Assembly: GCA_023213395.1 (NCBI GenBank) | Contig: CM041465.1 | Coordinates: 188,425,741 to 188,489,740, forward strand | DNA: 64,000 bases | From: Cycas panzhihuaensis | Lineage: Eukaryota; Plantae; Cycadophyta | Reading direction: 5' to 3' | Shown: one piece after another, positions 1 through 13,800 of the stretch | How the letters are laid out: the number at the start of each line of letters is the position of its first letter | Position numbering within the stretch: the first letter of the stretch is position 1 | The notes under the pieces: model-generated | Told to the model about the DNA's origin: nothing | The model's database searches: none | Seen by the model: only the letters and a program-made list of their open reading frames with translations | Translations under genes and position numbers: made by a program

Positions 1-1065
1 TCCACGTGCCTGGTATGTAAAATTAGATCATTTTCTTGAAGAAAATAAGTTCATTCGGAGTAACTCCGACTCCAATCTCTATATAAGAAAAACAAACAAC
101 AAGATAACAATAATTGTTATCTATTTAGATGATATGCTTCTTACTAGAAATGATGAAGAAGGAATTAAGTGGATCAAAGGTCAACTTCAACAGAAATTTG
201 AGATGACAAACCTGGGTTCACTAAATTATTACTTGGGACTGGAGATAGGTCAACATCAAAACTACATAACCTTGTCCCAAAGTAACTACATTAAAAATTT
301 GCTTGTTCGATTTCAGATGGAGAATTGTAATCCATGCACAACACCCATGGAAATAAATTGTGACCTAACAGTAGACAGTATGGAAAAGGATGCCGATGTT
401 ACTCTATACAGACAACTGATTGGAAGTCTAATTTATTTGACAGCCACCAAGCCCGATATATCCTACCCAGTAGGACTAATATCCAGATATATGCAGAATC
501 CAAAGTTGACTGGCAAGCCGCAAAAAGAGTTTTAAGATATCTCAAAGGAACAACAGATCTCAAGTTGGTATACTTAAAGGGGTACCCAGTCAAAATATCA
601 GGGTACTGCGACTCTGACTAGGCTGGTGACAAAGAACAAAGGAAATCAACAAGTGGATATTATTTTTTCTTAGAAGCTTCAGCAATCTCGTGGTGCAGTA
701 AGAAACAAGCTACAGTAGCTCTTTCCTCTCTGAGCGAGTATAAAGCGACCACATTAGCAACTTGTGAAGTCAGTCTGTTAAGACAACTTTTGCTTGACTT
801 GAATCAACAACAGAAAGGAGCAACTTCTCTGAAATGTGACAACCAAAGTGCCATCAAGATGACCAAAAATCTAATTCTACATGCAAGAACAAAACATATT
901 GAAGTTCATTATCATTTCATAAGAGACAAAGTGCAGAATAAAGAGATAGGCTTGGAATATTGTCCCACATCTGAGCAAGTTGCAGATCTTCTGACAAAGC
1001 CCCTTGGGAGAGAAAGGCTCAAATATTTAAGAAACAAGATAGGACTATTAGAGATAAAACATTAA
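1..1065 (+). pseudogene. Copia pol (RT/RNase H) remnant with about 2 frameshifts and a TGG>TAG stop
   Basis: ORF-track pieces 134-535 and 790-1065 plus the intervening frame RVLRYLKGT...DSD*AGD. Confidence 0.9.
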
Positions 1066-1072
1066 GAGGGGG

Positions 1073-1289
1073 TGTTGAGATATAATGTTTTATCTAGGAA
1101 AGAAAGGGGGTCATGTTAGACCCACCCTTAATGTACTCATAAGATCGTGCCACTTTGTAATATCAGAGCAATCGGTTACATCAGAAGTTGTAACTATCAC
1201 ATCATTGATGTATATTTAAGAAGATGGAATCTCAATAGAAATCAAGAACTCTTTTCTTCTCTGTTTAAGTTATGCTCTATTTTTCATCA
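1073..1289 (+). repeat. 3' LTR (~217 bp) of the young Copia
   Basis: Starts TG right after the PPT, ends CA; immediately followed by minus-strand RT of a different Copia. Confidence 0.75.
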
Positions 1290-4243
1290 AGCGCTATGAT
1301 AATTTTAATAATATTTATTTTGGCTATAGTAGCAAAGATTTTGATATAATCAATATTGTTAATTTGTGAGAATCCTTTTTCTACTAAACAGGCTTTGTAT
1401 TTTTCAACTACTCCTTGAGAGTTAAACTTTATTTGATAAACTCATTTACAATCTACCACATTCTTTCTAAGAGGTAAAGTAATTAAATCCCAACTTGAAT
1501 TCTTTTTAAGAGTATCTATTTTAATTTGCATGGCTTATTGCCATATGGGATTATTACTTACTTTTGTAAAGGTTTTGGGATCATTACTAGTTATGATTTT
1601 GTTCATTAGAGCAAAATTAGCTTGTAGTTTTTGGGAATGAGTTCTTTTGGTATCCAAAGGATTATTGGCATCAAAACCAGTATTAGAAAGAGTTTTATGA
1701 TCCCAAACAAGTTATTTACTATTGTTAGGTTATTTTGGTGAAGTAGACTGATTAGATAAAGTTGAGGCAGTTTGTTCATTTAAAGTCCAGTTTTGGACTT
1801 GAGTAGATAAGGACTCAATTGATTCAGGTTTAGCTTGAATATTACTGGGATCAATTAAGTGAGTGTTAGTCAACAAGTTTACAACATGTAGTTCAACATA
1901 AGAAGTTTTTGATGAAGAACCTTCTTCATCAAATATAACATCACACCGTATTAAAACCTTATGCATGGTTGGATTTAAAAGTTTGTAGGCTTTGCTTTCT
2001 TTGTTGTAGCCAACAAAGATGTATTTGAAACTTTTAGGATCAAGTTTCTATCATTTTTCTTTAGGAACATGTCCCTAAGCAATGCTGGCAAAATTTTTTA
2101 AATGCTTAATAGAAGTTTTATGTCCAAACTATTTCTGTTATGGTGTAATATTTTATAGAGATTTGCATGGTAAATGATTTAATAAATAGTTAAAGCAAGC
2201 AATAGCTTCTGCCTATAACTTTAAGTTGAGACCTTTTACATGTAACAAGCATATGGTCATCTCAACAAATGCATGATTTTGGTATTCAGCAACACTATTT
2301 TATTGAGGAGTATATGCTACAAAATGTTGAAGTTGTATTCCATGCTTTTTGCAACAATTAGTAAAATTGTTGCTTAAATATTCCTTAGCATTGCATATTT
2401 TGAAGATTTTAATTTTGAAGTTTGTTTGGTTTTTTACTAAGGTTTTGAATTCATTAAAGATGTCAAATACTTGACTTCTTGTTTTTAGCATGTATACTTA
2501 GTATTTTTTTAGAGAATTCATCAATAAATATGATAAAATATCTGCTTCTAGAGTATGAAGGTACTTGGAATGGTCTGTATATATCAGAGTGGATAAGTTC
2601 AAGTGGGACTTTAGCTTGAAAGATAGTATGATTTGGAAAAGGGTCTATGTATTATTTGCCTATGATGTAGGCTTTACAAACAACATAGATAATTTTTAAT
2701 ATAGGTAAGCCATGAACTATATCATACTTACTTAGGTACTAGAGTTTTCCATAACTCATATGACCAAATCTAACATGTTAAAGCTTATTGACTAGGTCAT
2801 ATTTATCTATAAAGGCACTGAAGGTTTTTGTTTTAGAATACTAGAGATTTGTTAAGCTGTAAAGTCCTATTTTTTGATATACAGGTCCTAAGGTAATTAA
2901 TTTAAATAATTCAATAGTTGTTTAATAATAAATTTATCTTTCTAGAATTCTACAATGAGATCTTTCTGTAAGATTTGATATACTGAGAGGAGATTAGGTA
3001 ATAAGCTAGGAACATAGAATACATCCTTAATTGAACCATCTTTCAAAGTGACATCACCTATTCCTCTAACTCTGAGTTGAGTTCCACTCCCAAAAGAGAT
3101 TTCTTCTTTTTGAGTTTGAATAAGACTGATATGAAACAAGGTATTCTTAGTGTCCTGTAATATGATGGGAAGCACCTGAATCGAGAATCCACAAAGGTGG
3201 TTGAGTGGTTAATGTTGAAAAAGCTGATGTAGAAGTAGGCAAGGAATGATAGGAATTATGGGATTGAGATTGGATCCCTTTAGAAGATTTCTAGACTTCA
3301 GAGGTAATTCTATTCCTACAGACATCAATGGTGTGCCCCTTTTTATGATATTAAGAACAACTAATGTTCTGATTAGGATTAGTATTGATAGTATTCGTTT
3401 CTATGAATGACTTTTTAGAGGTATTTTAAGATTTAGGTAATCTAGAATATTTAGTGTTATGATGAAGATTATTTTAAGCGGATGAACCTCTATGAGGTTT
3501 TTGAGATTTGGGATAATGATGATAATTATTTTGATAATTATTTTGATGTTTAGATTTAGTAATTGGTTTGACTTAGAAAAAAGAGCCTGTGAAGGATCTT
3601 TTAGTTTTCCAATTTGAACCAACATGTTTTGATGTTTAACTAATTGATTTATTAATTAATCAAAAGTAATTGGTGGATGTTCTACTTATTGCTTAATAAT
3701 TTTGAAAAGATTAAAATGTTTTAGGAGTTTATTAATTACAAGACGAACGAGTGTATCATCATCTTTTGGATGTGTTATACTGACCACTTTATCACCTACT
3801 TTTATGGAAGATTTGATATAATTTATTAGGTCTTTATTAATGAGTTAAAGTTTTGATAAGAAATCTTCAACTTTAGAAAAGTCTTTATAATTTAGTTCAT
3901 ACATTTGTTGTTCTAAAGAAGCTAGCTATTGTGTGTCAACCTTATCATACTTTTCTTTAAGTGTTTTCTAGATAGTGGCTAGATCATCTATATTAGAGAA
4001 CTGCCTACTTATATTTAGGGAGAGGGAGTTTAGGATGGTGCCTAGGGCTCTATCATAATTCATCAAATATACTATATAACTTTTTGATGTTTTGTCTTTA
4101 GGTTTTACAAACTCACCTCTAACATATCACTATATCTTTTGCTGTTTAAACTAATGGGATATTCTATTTTTCCAATTAGCATAATTAGAGACAATTAATA
4201 CTAGAATTGGTATACAAGAGATTGTTCTTGGCATAAGTGCCAT
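1290..4243 (-). pseudogene. Copia gag-pol pseudogene
   Basis: ORF-track fragments 1730-1966, 2300-2491, 2942-3175, 3401-3625 fall in the Copia order gag-PR-IN-RT; many stops. Confidence 0.88.
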
Positions 4244-5202
4244 ATTGGAAATAAACTGATAATTAGAGATCTTTTAAAGGAAGAAATAGAAGAGTTTAGT
4301 ATAGGTTAACTGTAGGTGAAAATAAAATAGATTACAGTAATAACTCAATTATAGACACATAATATTTTAAAGGTAAACTTTAAGTTTATTTGCCATTGAA
4401 ATATAGATTTTTATTAACATCATTGATTAATAATTATAAATGAAATAATTGAGAGAGAAAAAATAATTAATCATATAATATTTACATATTAGTGAATTAA
4501 ATCATAAATTAGGTGTTTGAATGTCTTGTAATATCATTTGCATAATAAAGTAAAATAATGACTTAATAATATCATGATGAATATTTTAAGGAAATAATGT
4601 AGGTACTTGATATAATTAAAAGGTATATTACATGAAGGTAATGATATTAAAGAAGTGTGAAAGAAAAGAATTATAACTTAGAAGCATGTACCTAAGCTTA
4701 CTAGGTTGAGTAGAAGACTTGACTTTAAGCAAAGATCTACAGATCAAAATGATGTACAAAAGACTTGAAAGACTAGCCAAAATGTCTGTATCTAGGTTAG
4801 GAATGTGGCATTTCTTCTAGAATGGGATTCTGACTCTGTATGAGAAAGTTATAATAAAAAAGGCATAGGTACCCCCTTTCAGAGAAAATTAATAAAAAAA
4901 ATAATAAAGTAACTTAAGTAAGGGTTAATCACCTTTATGAAATTGGACTCAGGTCATGTGGGAGACTTAAATGACCAAGGTGCTAACCATCAAGGGGGGG
5001 GGGGTGACTAACAGACTTATAATAACAAACTTTATTTTATTTGATTTAATCAAACATTAGAAAAAATAAAGGAGTATTATTATAGGCGATGGATCCAACT
5101 TGTTTTAAATGACTCATGATTTAACCCTCATGATTTAGGGTTTTATACTCATTTTATTTGTGTTTGTAGGTTCTTCCTTATCGAACAGTAAGTTCTCCTT
5201 CT

Positions 5203-5455
5203 TCAAATGGTGGTCTTCGCGTTGACTAGTATCTTTACTTTATTGGAGCCTTTGCCATTTGTAGGATCTTCTACATTGGTGTCTTCACCGTTGGGAGTCT
5301 TCACCACTAGTGATGTCTTCGCCATTAGAAATCTTTGTAATTGGGAGTCTTCATTATTACCAATCTTTGTAGTTGGCAGTCTTCACAGTTAATAATCTTC
5401 GGCTGGTATCTACACCAATGTTGGGGTCTTCACCATGAGAAAGGCTTTGCCATGA
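5203..5455. repeat. Degenerate ~18-24 bp minisatellite (core GTCTTCACC/GTCTTCGCC) in the Copia 5' leader
   Basis: About 10 recurrences of (g/a)TCTT(c/t) cores at short, irregular spacing. Confidence 0.55.
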
Positions 5456-6183
5456 GCCATAGTTCTATTAGTATCTACATAGTGAATGGTTGTTCATTTC
5501 CTCCAAAGTCTCCACGACGACTAGTTTTTCCACTTACTTAGTGTTTTTAAACCTTGGCTTGATAGACAACGTCTATGCTATTCTAATGTCTTCAGTTGGT
5601 GAATAGTTATTAAGCACAAAATGGCTTCATTTAGTCATCTATGGCCTCTATGTATTTATGATGCCAATATTGATGAAGTTTTCTTCATGGATGATGGTGT
5701 TTATAAGACTTTAGTGATGCAAGCCTTCATTTATAGCTTCCCTATATTCAAACTTGCCTTGCTTTCATCATTTGGAAATAAATATTCCTATTCTGCTTTT
5801 ATCTTCTCAAACTGGAAGATTAATCTTTGTAACTATTATATCTTTTCTTGAAATGGTGTCTAATGGTGACTTGTAGCTTCTTGTAAGGGTTTCTTTGTAG
5901 TAGTTATTGATAGACTGGTAACAGATGGTTCTAATTATTTTGATTTCTACAGAACTTTAAATCTTCTTCCTATATTTTATATATAAAAAAGGATTGGAGA
6001 TGATTGGGTTTTAAACCCAAAATTTGTATCTAATTTTGTTATTAATAATTAAAAAAAAAATCCCTTTTATGTTCAATTGTAGATATTAGTATGTATATTA
6101 GATTTTTAGCTATTCAATTATAGATATTTTATGCTTAATAGTTTTAGAAAAAAAATTGATGTATGTGCCCTGATTTGATACCA

Positions 6184-6713
6184 TGTTGGAGAGAGGGTTA
6201 ATCATATTTGCATAAGTTAATAATATTGAAAATAAATTAACATTTGAATAGTTTAAATATAAATAGCATTGAATATCAGATAATAGATAACACATAATGT
6301 AAACAGGTGGAAAACCCCATTAAGGGATCAAAAACCACCTCAGAAATATAAATATATATATTAATAAAATAAATATACGTTATAAGTTTTTGATGAGGAT
6401 CTCATCCTCTCTTTGAATTTGGATTAAGGTTTAATAATTCCTTTAATAAAAGAAAACCTAGTTAGCCTTCACTTCATGTATATACCATGTTCATCTGACT
6501 AAGATATTATACATAACTACCTATGGATAGCAACCCAACAGATAGGTAGACAGACCAACATCTAGGAATCTAGGAGGAGACTTTTAAGGAGAGAAAATTT
6601 CATTAAAATGAGAAGTTTATTATTTCAATAAAGTTTACATAATTAGGTGTTAATATATTAAGGTTAATAAAGAGAGTTTACAAAAGTAACGTTATAATCA
6701 CTTTATTCTAACA
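6184..6713 (-). repeat. 5' LTR (~530 bp) of the minus-strand Copia
   Basis: Ends TGTTGG..TCTAACA, PBS adjacent; carries ACAGGTGGAAAACCCC...AAAAACCACCTC motif shared with solo LTR 7671-8094. Confidence 0.75.
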
Positions 6714-7321
6714 AAAATAATGTGAAAATAAAGGATACAAAGAAGGACTGTAGGATAAATAAAGATCACTAATAATCAATCTTTTGCCATGATATTAAAA
6801 GTTTTAAATATTCCCTCAAGGTCAATATAGGCTTTAATGAATGGTTGGCTAACATTAGCAACTCCTTTAAAACTCTCAAAATTTATAATACCAATGACTA
6901 GATCAACTTCATCATAGAACACTTTATTAGAAATGTAAATTCACTCTAATAACAAATTAGAATTTAGAGTATATACACAATGAAATTATAACATGCATAT
7001 ATAATGAATGAATAATCTTATAAAGAATGTACACATATAAAACAATAAATGTAAATCATAAAGTATAAATAGATCAAGCATATATCGATAAACATCATCA
7101 TAAGAGAGATAATAAATTTATATTTAAAAAACTTAGTGTGGAAAAAACCATAGGAGAAGATCGAGTTTGGAGCTCCTTTTATGATTAGACCTAATACATC
7201 TCTAGGTCTTGGACCTTTTTTAAATTCTCAAGTGGTGTGTGTATATATTTAAAGTAAAAGTCACCTCATGAGTAGCGTATAATTTCTTTTGAGTCATTAC
7301 ATCATGTAATAGTATATTAAT

Positions 7322-8124
7322 TATTGGATATATTGAATATTGTATAAGTGTTATACTCGAGCCCCTTTATATCTTATGGGGATATTTTTTGACCCATAGT
7401 TTATGCCTATTATATTGTAAAATTGCAAGGTACTATCTTGTAATGTTATGTCTATACATTCTTATGCAATGGAACATGTAAAAAAGTTAGATAAGTCTTT
7501 AATGAGTCAATGGACAGAGTTAGAGTTTTTATCTCTATAATTCTTTAGTTGTTACTTATATTAATAAAAGGTCCATGCTTAGACTAGAATCTCTTGGTGT
7601 TCTTTATTATATGCTTGGTTTATTTATATTATTTATTCTTTATATAGTTTAGAGTTTTGTTAATACATTATGTGAGAGAAGAGGCATATGTACATCATTA
7701 ACAAGATTTAAATGCAAGAAATAACAGGAAAGGAAATAACACTACACAGGTACACATTCATTGACAGGTGGAAAACCCCTTATGGGGAAGAAAAACCACC
7801 TCCTAAAGCTAATTTTATTAATAAAGAATTGAAACCACTATACAAAACCAGCCTTTAAACAAGCATTTGGATAGCCATCCTAGATTCCTGGAACCATCTC
7901 CATGAATCTAGGAGATGAATAAATACAACGGAAGTTCGTTAGAATGCAATTCCGCATTTTAACGACCATCCACAAATTAATAAAATAAACATAAGTTTGA
8001 ATATTAGAATCACTTAAATTACATATAAGACATGTGACTAAATAATAACATTAAGAAACATAAAGTTTACATTATATCATCTAACATCCTAACACATTAC
8101 TTTCATAGTTATATTTTTTCTTCA
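7322..8124. mobile_element. Solo LTR (~375 bp net) with degenerate TSD TTAAT/TTATT
   Basis: Begins TATTGG (TG>TA), ends TTCA; interrupts the host LTR where the homologous 32272 copy reads TTAAC|ATGGATATG. Confidence 0.55.
7671..8094 (-). mobile_element. Solo LTR (424 bp), Copia-type, perfect 5-bp TSD CATTA
   Basis: TG...CA ends, CATTA at 7666-7670 and 8095-8099; homologous to LTR 6184-6713; retains CpGs. Confidence 0.88.
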
Positions 8125-10510
8125 TTATTATGGATATGTATGCATCTCACATATCTTAATACATCTAGTGAGTGGATTTATATGTGTCTATCACATTAAT
8201 ATTAAATATTATATATTTGAAGCTATTGTATATTTTAATATTCTCTCTTAATGTTTAATATCTTCAAATCTTTATTTCATTATCCTTGGTCTTCAATGTT
8301 TGTTAGATCCTATAACCTCTATTTGTATCTATATCATGTATTATGTATTGTCACTTATAACTTATAAATTATATCATCTATCATCTATAAATTTGTCATC
8401 TATTATGCTTATTTCCTTCATGTATTAATCTATAAAAATAACTAATAAACCTATATCAACTTATAATAAACACATATATAGTTATCTGTATATCTCAATG
8501 ACTAACTATGATCAACCAACCTATAAATATCAACCATTAATCATCATCTAACAACATCAACCGATATAAGAAGTATTTTCATGAACATCTTTATATCTTC
8601 ACCTATAAAGCTACTATCACATATCTTTCAACCAGTCATCAATAATCTCAATAAATAAATTGATTACTAGGTCCACATAAACTAATAACCATATACTAAA
8701 ATACATGGGTAACCAACATCTACAATCACTAGTTCTCTAAGAAATTGTTTAGATATATGGTTCACCATCTTTTAGAATGCTTATTATAAAAGTAACATAA
8801 CTTACCTCTTACGCATAATGGTTGTTTAGAAATTGGTCTAGTTAATTACCTTTAAATAACTTTTATGTTTCTTCTATTTCAACTAAATATTGAGAGGTTT
8901 TTTAACCTATAGGAGCCCTAGAACCAACTTTATCCAACTCCTAAGAAGGAGTATCTACTTATTTGTGTTATTTGATTTAAAAAACGTTTGATAAGGAAGA
9001 GTCTAGAATATGTGAGTGGCATTCAATGAAAGAATATACTAGCTCAAACAATCAAGTAGAGGAGATCTAAGTTCAAAGATACACTGACAATGTTTTTATT
9101 TTGATTTTCTTATTTTTTCTTTTCTTATATCTTTTAACATTTTGGTTTTAATCAAATAAAGAAAAGGTAAAAATAAAGATATGATCATATACTTACAAAA
9201 TTGTCAAAGAAACTAATAAACTTAAGAGAAATCACCTTTTGAATCAACCAAAGAAAGAAGAAAACATGCACACTTTTCTTTCTTTCTTTCTTTCTTTTTT
9301 TAATATAAAAGTAAATTTTGCTTAAAATCAAAATAAATTATTTTATAATTTTTTTAAACAACTTTTTATTTCAAATGAAAGGATATAAGAATAAAACTTT
9401 ATAAAAGAAACCATTCATACATACTTAAACAATGAAGATTGAAGTGGTATAAAGCTCCTTTTAGACTTATTCCTTTTGCATGTATGATCTTTGACAGGCT
9501 TTACAATCTTTTAACCATTAAATGACTTCAAATAAAAGAAAGAAAGTATAAAATATAACATGCAAAGTAAAAAACATAACATACAATCCCAAAATTTGTT
9601 TAAATAGCCCATAGAAAATGACACACAAGATGCAAATTTAATATGCAAGTAAGAATTTAGCTCATACACTTCATTAAGAAGCTAGATTAAGAACATATAA
9701 AAATTTTATGATTTACGTAATAACATGCAACTAGAAGTTCAATAAATTCACTTTATTTTTTATGAAAGAAAAGAATAAGCATGAATATATAAAGTTTATT
9801 CTCTTTACTCTTTCTAATCATGCATCTTTCATAAGAAGAGGGAAAGAAAAAAAAATTAAAAAATCAAGGAAAGTGCATCACATAATCACAAGAACCCTCT
9901 CTATATACAACCATATATGTGCCTTATGATAGCAATCTTCCTCTTATTGATTAATTTTTTAGTATTTTTTCCTTTTAAAATAGGCAACAAAAGGAGAAAA
10001 TTATGAAAAAACCACTAAAACTAATACTAAATCAAAAGAGATGAGACAAAGACCTCTTGAAAATCTTCACTACTATGGAGAATGGGAAAAAGAAGCTATA
10101 AAATATAATGAAGAGGTAGATCTCTCTTCTCTATAGTAAACCCCTATGAATCCCATAAAGGGCTGATCTTTCAACTAAGATTTACCCAAGAAAAACCAAG
10201 AAACAACTAGAACTAGAGCTAAGATAAAGAAGATAACATAAATAAGGTACAATATTACAAGAAACTATTTAAAAAAAAAGAAAGAGTAATAGAAAATCAT
10301 TACCAAACTTGTGATAAGAGAGTTAGAGCTTATATTAAAGGCTTGCAGAAGATAGATATTTTAGTAAGTAACAAAAATAGAGTTAAATAATAGTACAATC
10401 AATATCTCTAAGTCTTGTTTTTCTTAATTATTTATTTTTTCACTTTCTTCTTACTAAACATATCATAATTACTCTCCTTTGACTCGTTTAGGGGTCTCTA
10501 AGTGAAGAAG

Positions 10511-10872
10511 TAAAGGACATGAGGTGCAGAGTGGGACTGAGTTGCATTGACGAGTGCATTGTTTATAATTGAGAGTTAATAATTCCAAATAAACTTTGGC
10601 AGTGTTAAAAAACACCAAGGAGGTATTCCCACCCATTTTATAAGAAATTTTGGGGAGATGATAAGCGCTTTAAACCAACCTAACTAAATTCAAATTAATA
10701 TTAAAAAATAATAAACAATTAAATAAGCACATACCTTAAAAATAATACGTCGACTCCTTTGGTGTCATGTGGTGGCTATTTTGTGGCTCGACATACCCTA
10801 GGGAGCCCTTAAGGTGGCTTTGAGGGGTCCTAGGTATACATTAATATAGGTACATTAGGTATTATCCCAACA
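10511..10872 (-). repeat. 3' LTR of full-length Copia (362 bp)
   Basis: About 84% identical to 18751-19113 by manual alignment. Confidence 0.95.
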
Positions 10873-10885
10873 TTCTCTCCCATAA

Positions 10886-13800
10886 TACCCAATGTAAATA
10901 ACTTCCAAGCTATCTCTAAATTTTTAAAATTTGAATTTACCCAATGTTTTATGAAGATATCCATTGTTTAGTCTTTGGTACTATAATATGCCAATTCAAT
11001 CTCTTCTACTTGCACTAGTTTTCAAATGAAGTGATGCTGTCTCAATGTGTTTTATTCTACCATGAAAAAATAGATTCTTTACCATCTGAATAGTGTTCTA
11101 ATTATCATACTAAATTCTTATAGGACCTTTCTATTTTGGCTGAAAATCTTGTAGTAATCTTCTTAACCATATTGATTCATATGTATCTACAATTATTACT
11201 TTATACTCTACCTTAGCTGTAGATAGGAAATTTGTGTTCTATTTCTTAGTACTTCATGCTATAGATATTGATCCCATACTAAACATATAACCTAAAGTTG
11301 ATTTTCTGTCATCAATGTCTCCTACCCAATTTAAGTTTGTATAACCTTTCAATTAAAATTTTGATGAGGCTTTGTAGTATAACTCGTATTCTGAAGTTCT
11401 TTTGAGATAACAGATAATTCTTTTTGCTACTTGCTAATGGGTGGTTTTTAGATCTTGTATAAATCTAAACATAACACTAACTGAGTGTTTTATATTAGGT
11501 CAAGTGGATGTCAAATATATCAAGTTGCCGATTAGTTGTCTGTAGAGTGTAGGGTCGATTGGTGTATAATCATCTAACTTGGAGAGCTTGATTCCAATTT
11601 TTTTTGAGGTTGCCAAAGGTTTATAGTTGGTCATCCTGAACTTTTATAATAAATCTAGGGTATATTTTCATTGTAAAATAAAGATGCCATTATCTTGCTA
11701 TACTTCCAAGCCTAAGAAGTAATGCATTAGTCCCAAATCAGTTATTTCAAACTCTTTATACATAGCATCCTTAAAGTGTCGTAACAAGTGGGAGTTATTT
11801 CCAATATACACAGGATCATCCATATAAAGTCCTACTATTAGGATAGAGTCTCCCTTGATTTAAATGTAAAGATTAGGATTTGCTTGAGATCTTTCAAAAC
11901 CTTGATCTCTAAAGTATTTATCTATTTGGTAATACATGCCTTAGGTGTTTATTTCAATCCATAAAGTGCCTTTTTAAGTTTATACACTTTGTTTTCTTAC
12001 CCCCTGACTTTAAAACTGAGGGGTTGAGTGACATAAATATCCTCTTCAATATAATCATTGAGGAAGACACTTTTAACATCCATTTGGTAGACTTTCTATC
12101 CTATTTGGGCTATTAAGCTCATCATCATTCTAACTATTTCTATCTGAGCAACATGGAAAAATATTTCATTGTAGTCAATGCCTCTGTTTTGGGCATAACT
12201 CTTGGCAACCAATCTAGCCTTGTATTTATTAATAGATCCATTTGAGAAAATCTTGATTTTATAGATCCATTTAGTGCTAACATCCTTTTTATTTGGAGGT
12301 AAATTGACTAACTCCTAAGTGTCATTTTTAACAATAGAATGATATTCATCTTCTATTGCCTTTCTCTAAGATGCATGTTCATTAGCCTCATTAAAAGTTT
12401 GAGGCTCATGGAATTCCAATACTTTACTTATGAGGGAAAAATTAACCTGATATGAGTGTGTGGATCTATGAGTGTTGTCCAATATGTTGCATATGTCATG
12501 ATTCTGTTGAACTCATTTTGGAAGATTTTGTGGTGGAGGTTGAGAGGAAGTTCCCTCCCCACTAGGTTCATTGATGACTCTTCTAGAGTCAAATATAGGA
12601 GGCACATACTTGGATTTGGAGGATTTATCAAAATTGATTATAGCTTCTTTTCCTTTTCTTTGAATATCTTAATAATAGGCATCCTCCTAGAATTTAACAT
12701 CTCTACTTAACATGATCCTCTTTGACTTAGGGTCATAAACTTTATGCGATTTGGAGGTTTTACTATAGCCAAGGAATATGCATTTGATACTATGATCATC
12801 TAACTTAGATCTCTTTTGATCAGGAACATGAGTATATGCCAGGCGTTCAAAGACTCTAAGGTGATGTCTTCTTGGTTTATAGCCAGTCCAAGCTTCTTTA
12901 GGTATTTTCCACCTTAGGGCTTTGGTGGAGCACCTGTTGAGTAGATAAATAGCTATATGTACTACTTCTACCTAAAATTCATATCCCAAATTCTTATCCT
13001 TTAACATACACCTAGCCATTTTGATTATTATATAATTCTTTGTCTCTACTATACTATTTTACTGTGGGGTGTAGGGATTGGTGAGCTATCTTATAATTCC
13101 ATGATAAATACAATAAGCTTTGAATTCATTAGAGATAAATTCTCCCCTATTGTCTGATCTTAGGGATAGTAGCTTATGTCTACTTTGTCACTCCATAAAG
13201 ATTTTAAAGTCAACAAAGTGTTTAAATACATCAGATTTAAATTTAAGGAAGAATACCCATGTCTTCCTAGTATAATAATCAATGAACGTGATGAAGTAGC
13301 GAGATCTTACTAATGAGGGGTTGTCCATTGGACCACATATATCTATATATACCAACTAAAGTGGACCCAATACTCAATGACTAAATTCTAAAAAACTTTC
13401 CCTATGTTGTTTACTAAGTAGGCATCCTTCACATAGGTTTTTGTCCACTTCGATATGTGACAACCCATTTACCATATCAATTCATTTTATAAAGGCCAAA
13501 CTATTATAGTTAAGATGGCCAAATCTCCTATGCCATAATTCACTATCCACTTTGACTGTAGCTTTTAGGGTATAGGTATATGAAGGAGTAAGAATGTGTT
13601 TGAATAATCTATCTTTCATCATATTTCCTTTTGCTATTATAGCTTTATTTCTCTTTTTGTCCTTGATTACACACTCGTTATTGTTAAATATAGCCTTGTA
13701 ATCTTGTCCCATCATCTACCCTATTGATAATAAGTTTTTCTTTAAAGCTAGAATATACAAGACATCATTAAAATGTTTATATTCTCCTACATACGTCATG

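Larger units (their letters stand above)
1..1289 (+). mobile_element. Ty1/Copia LTR retrotransposon, 3' part (RT-RNase H, PPT, 3' LTR); relatively young
   Basis: RT motifs (YLDDMLL at ~122-142, FEMTNLG, YRQLIGSLIYLT) and RNase H motifs (DSD*AGD, KSTSGY, CDNQSAI, HARTKHIEVHYHFIR, QVADLLTK), then PPT AAGAGGGGG 1064-1072 and LTR TGTTGA..TCATCA 1073-1289. Many CG/CAG/CTG sites still intact. Confidence 0.93.
1290..6713 (-). mobile_element. Old Ty1/Copia element (5' LTR, PBS, leader, gag-PR-IN-partial RT), interrupted in RT by the element at 1-1289
   Basis: Minus strand: Gag start MALMPRTISCIPILVLIVSNYANWKNRI (ATG at 4243), decayed zinc knuckle CS*YHKKGHTIDVC (~3318-3360), protease LWILDSGASHHIT (~3155-3195), integrase (AYTPQ), RT start GFSQINNIDYIKIFATIAK (~1315-1380); PBS TGGTATCA at 6176-6183; LTR 6184-6713. 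Confidence 0.88.
6954..8240 (-). repeat. LTR (family of the solo LTR at 32272) split by two nested solo LTRs
   Basis: 6954-7321 and 8125-8240 align in order to 32272-32761 (e.g. CATAAGAGAGA, GTGGAAAAAA..GAGAAG, TTCTCAAGT, TGGATATG); PPT-like run at 8241-8250, PBS-like at ~6942-6953. Confidence 0.6.

Noticed and set aside
4311-5150. Possible solo LTR in the Copia leader, with a G-run near 4994-5004
   Set aside because: TG start seen but no matching end or TSD could be established.
8892-8896. GAGAG as left TSD of the Tat-like element (matching 23980-23984)
   Set aside because: Not followed by TG, and the left flank is not the expected Gypsy RNase H sequence.
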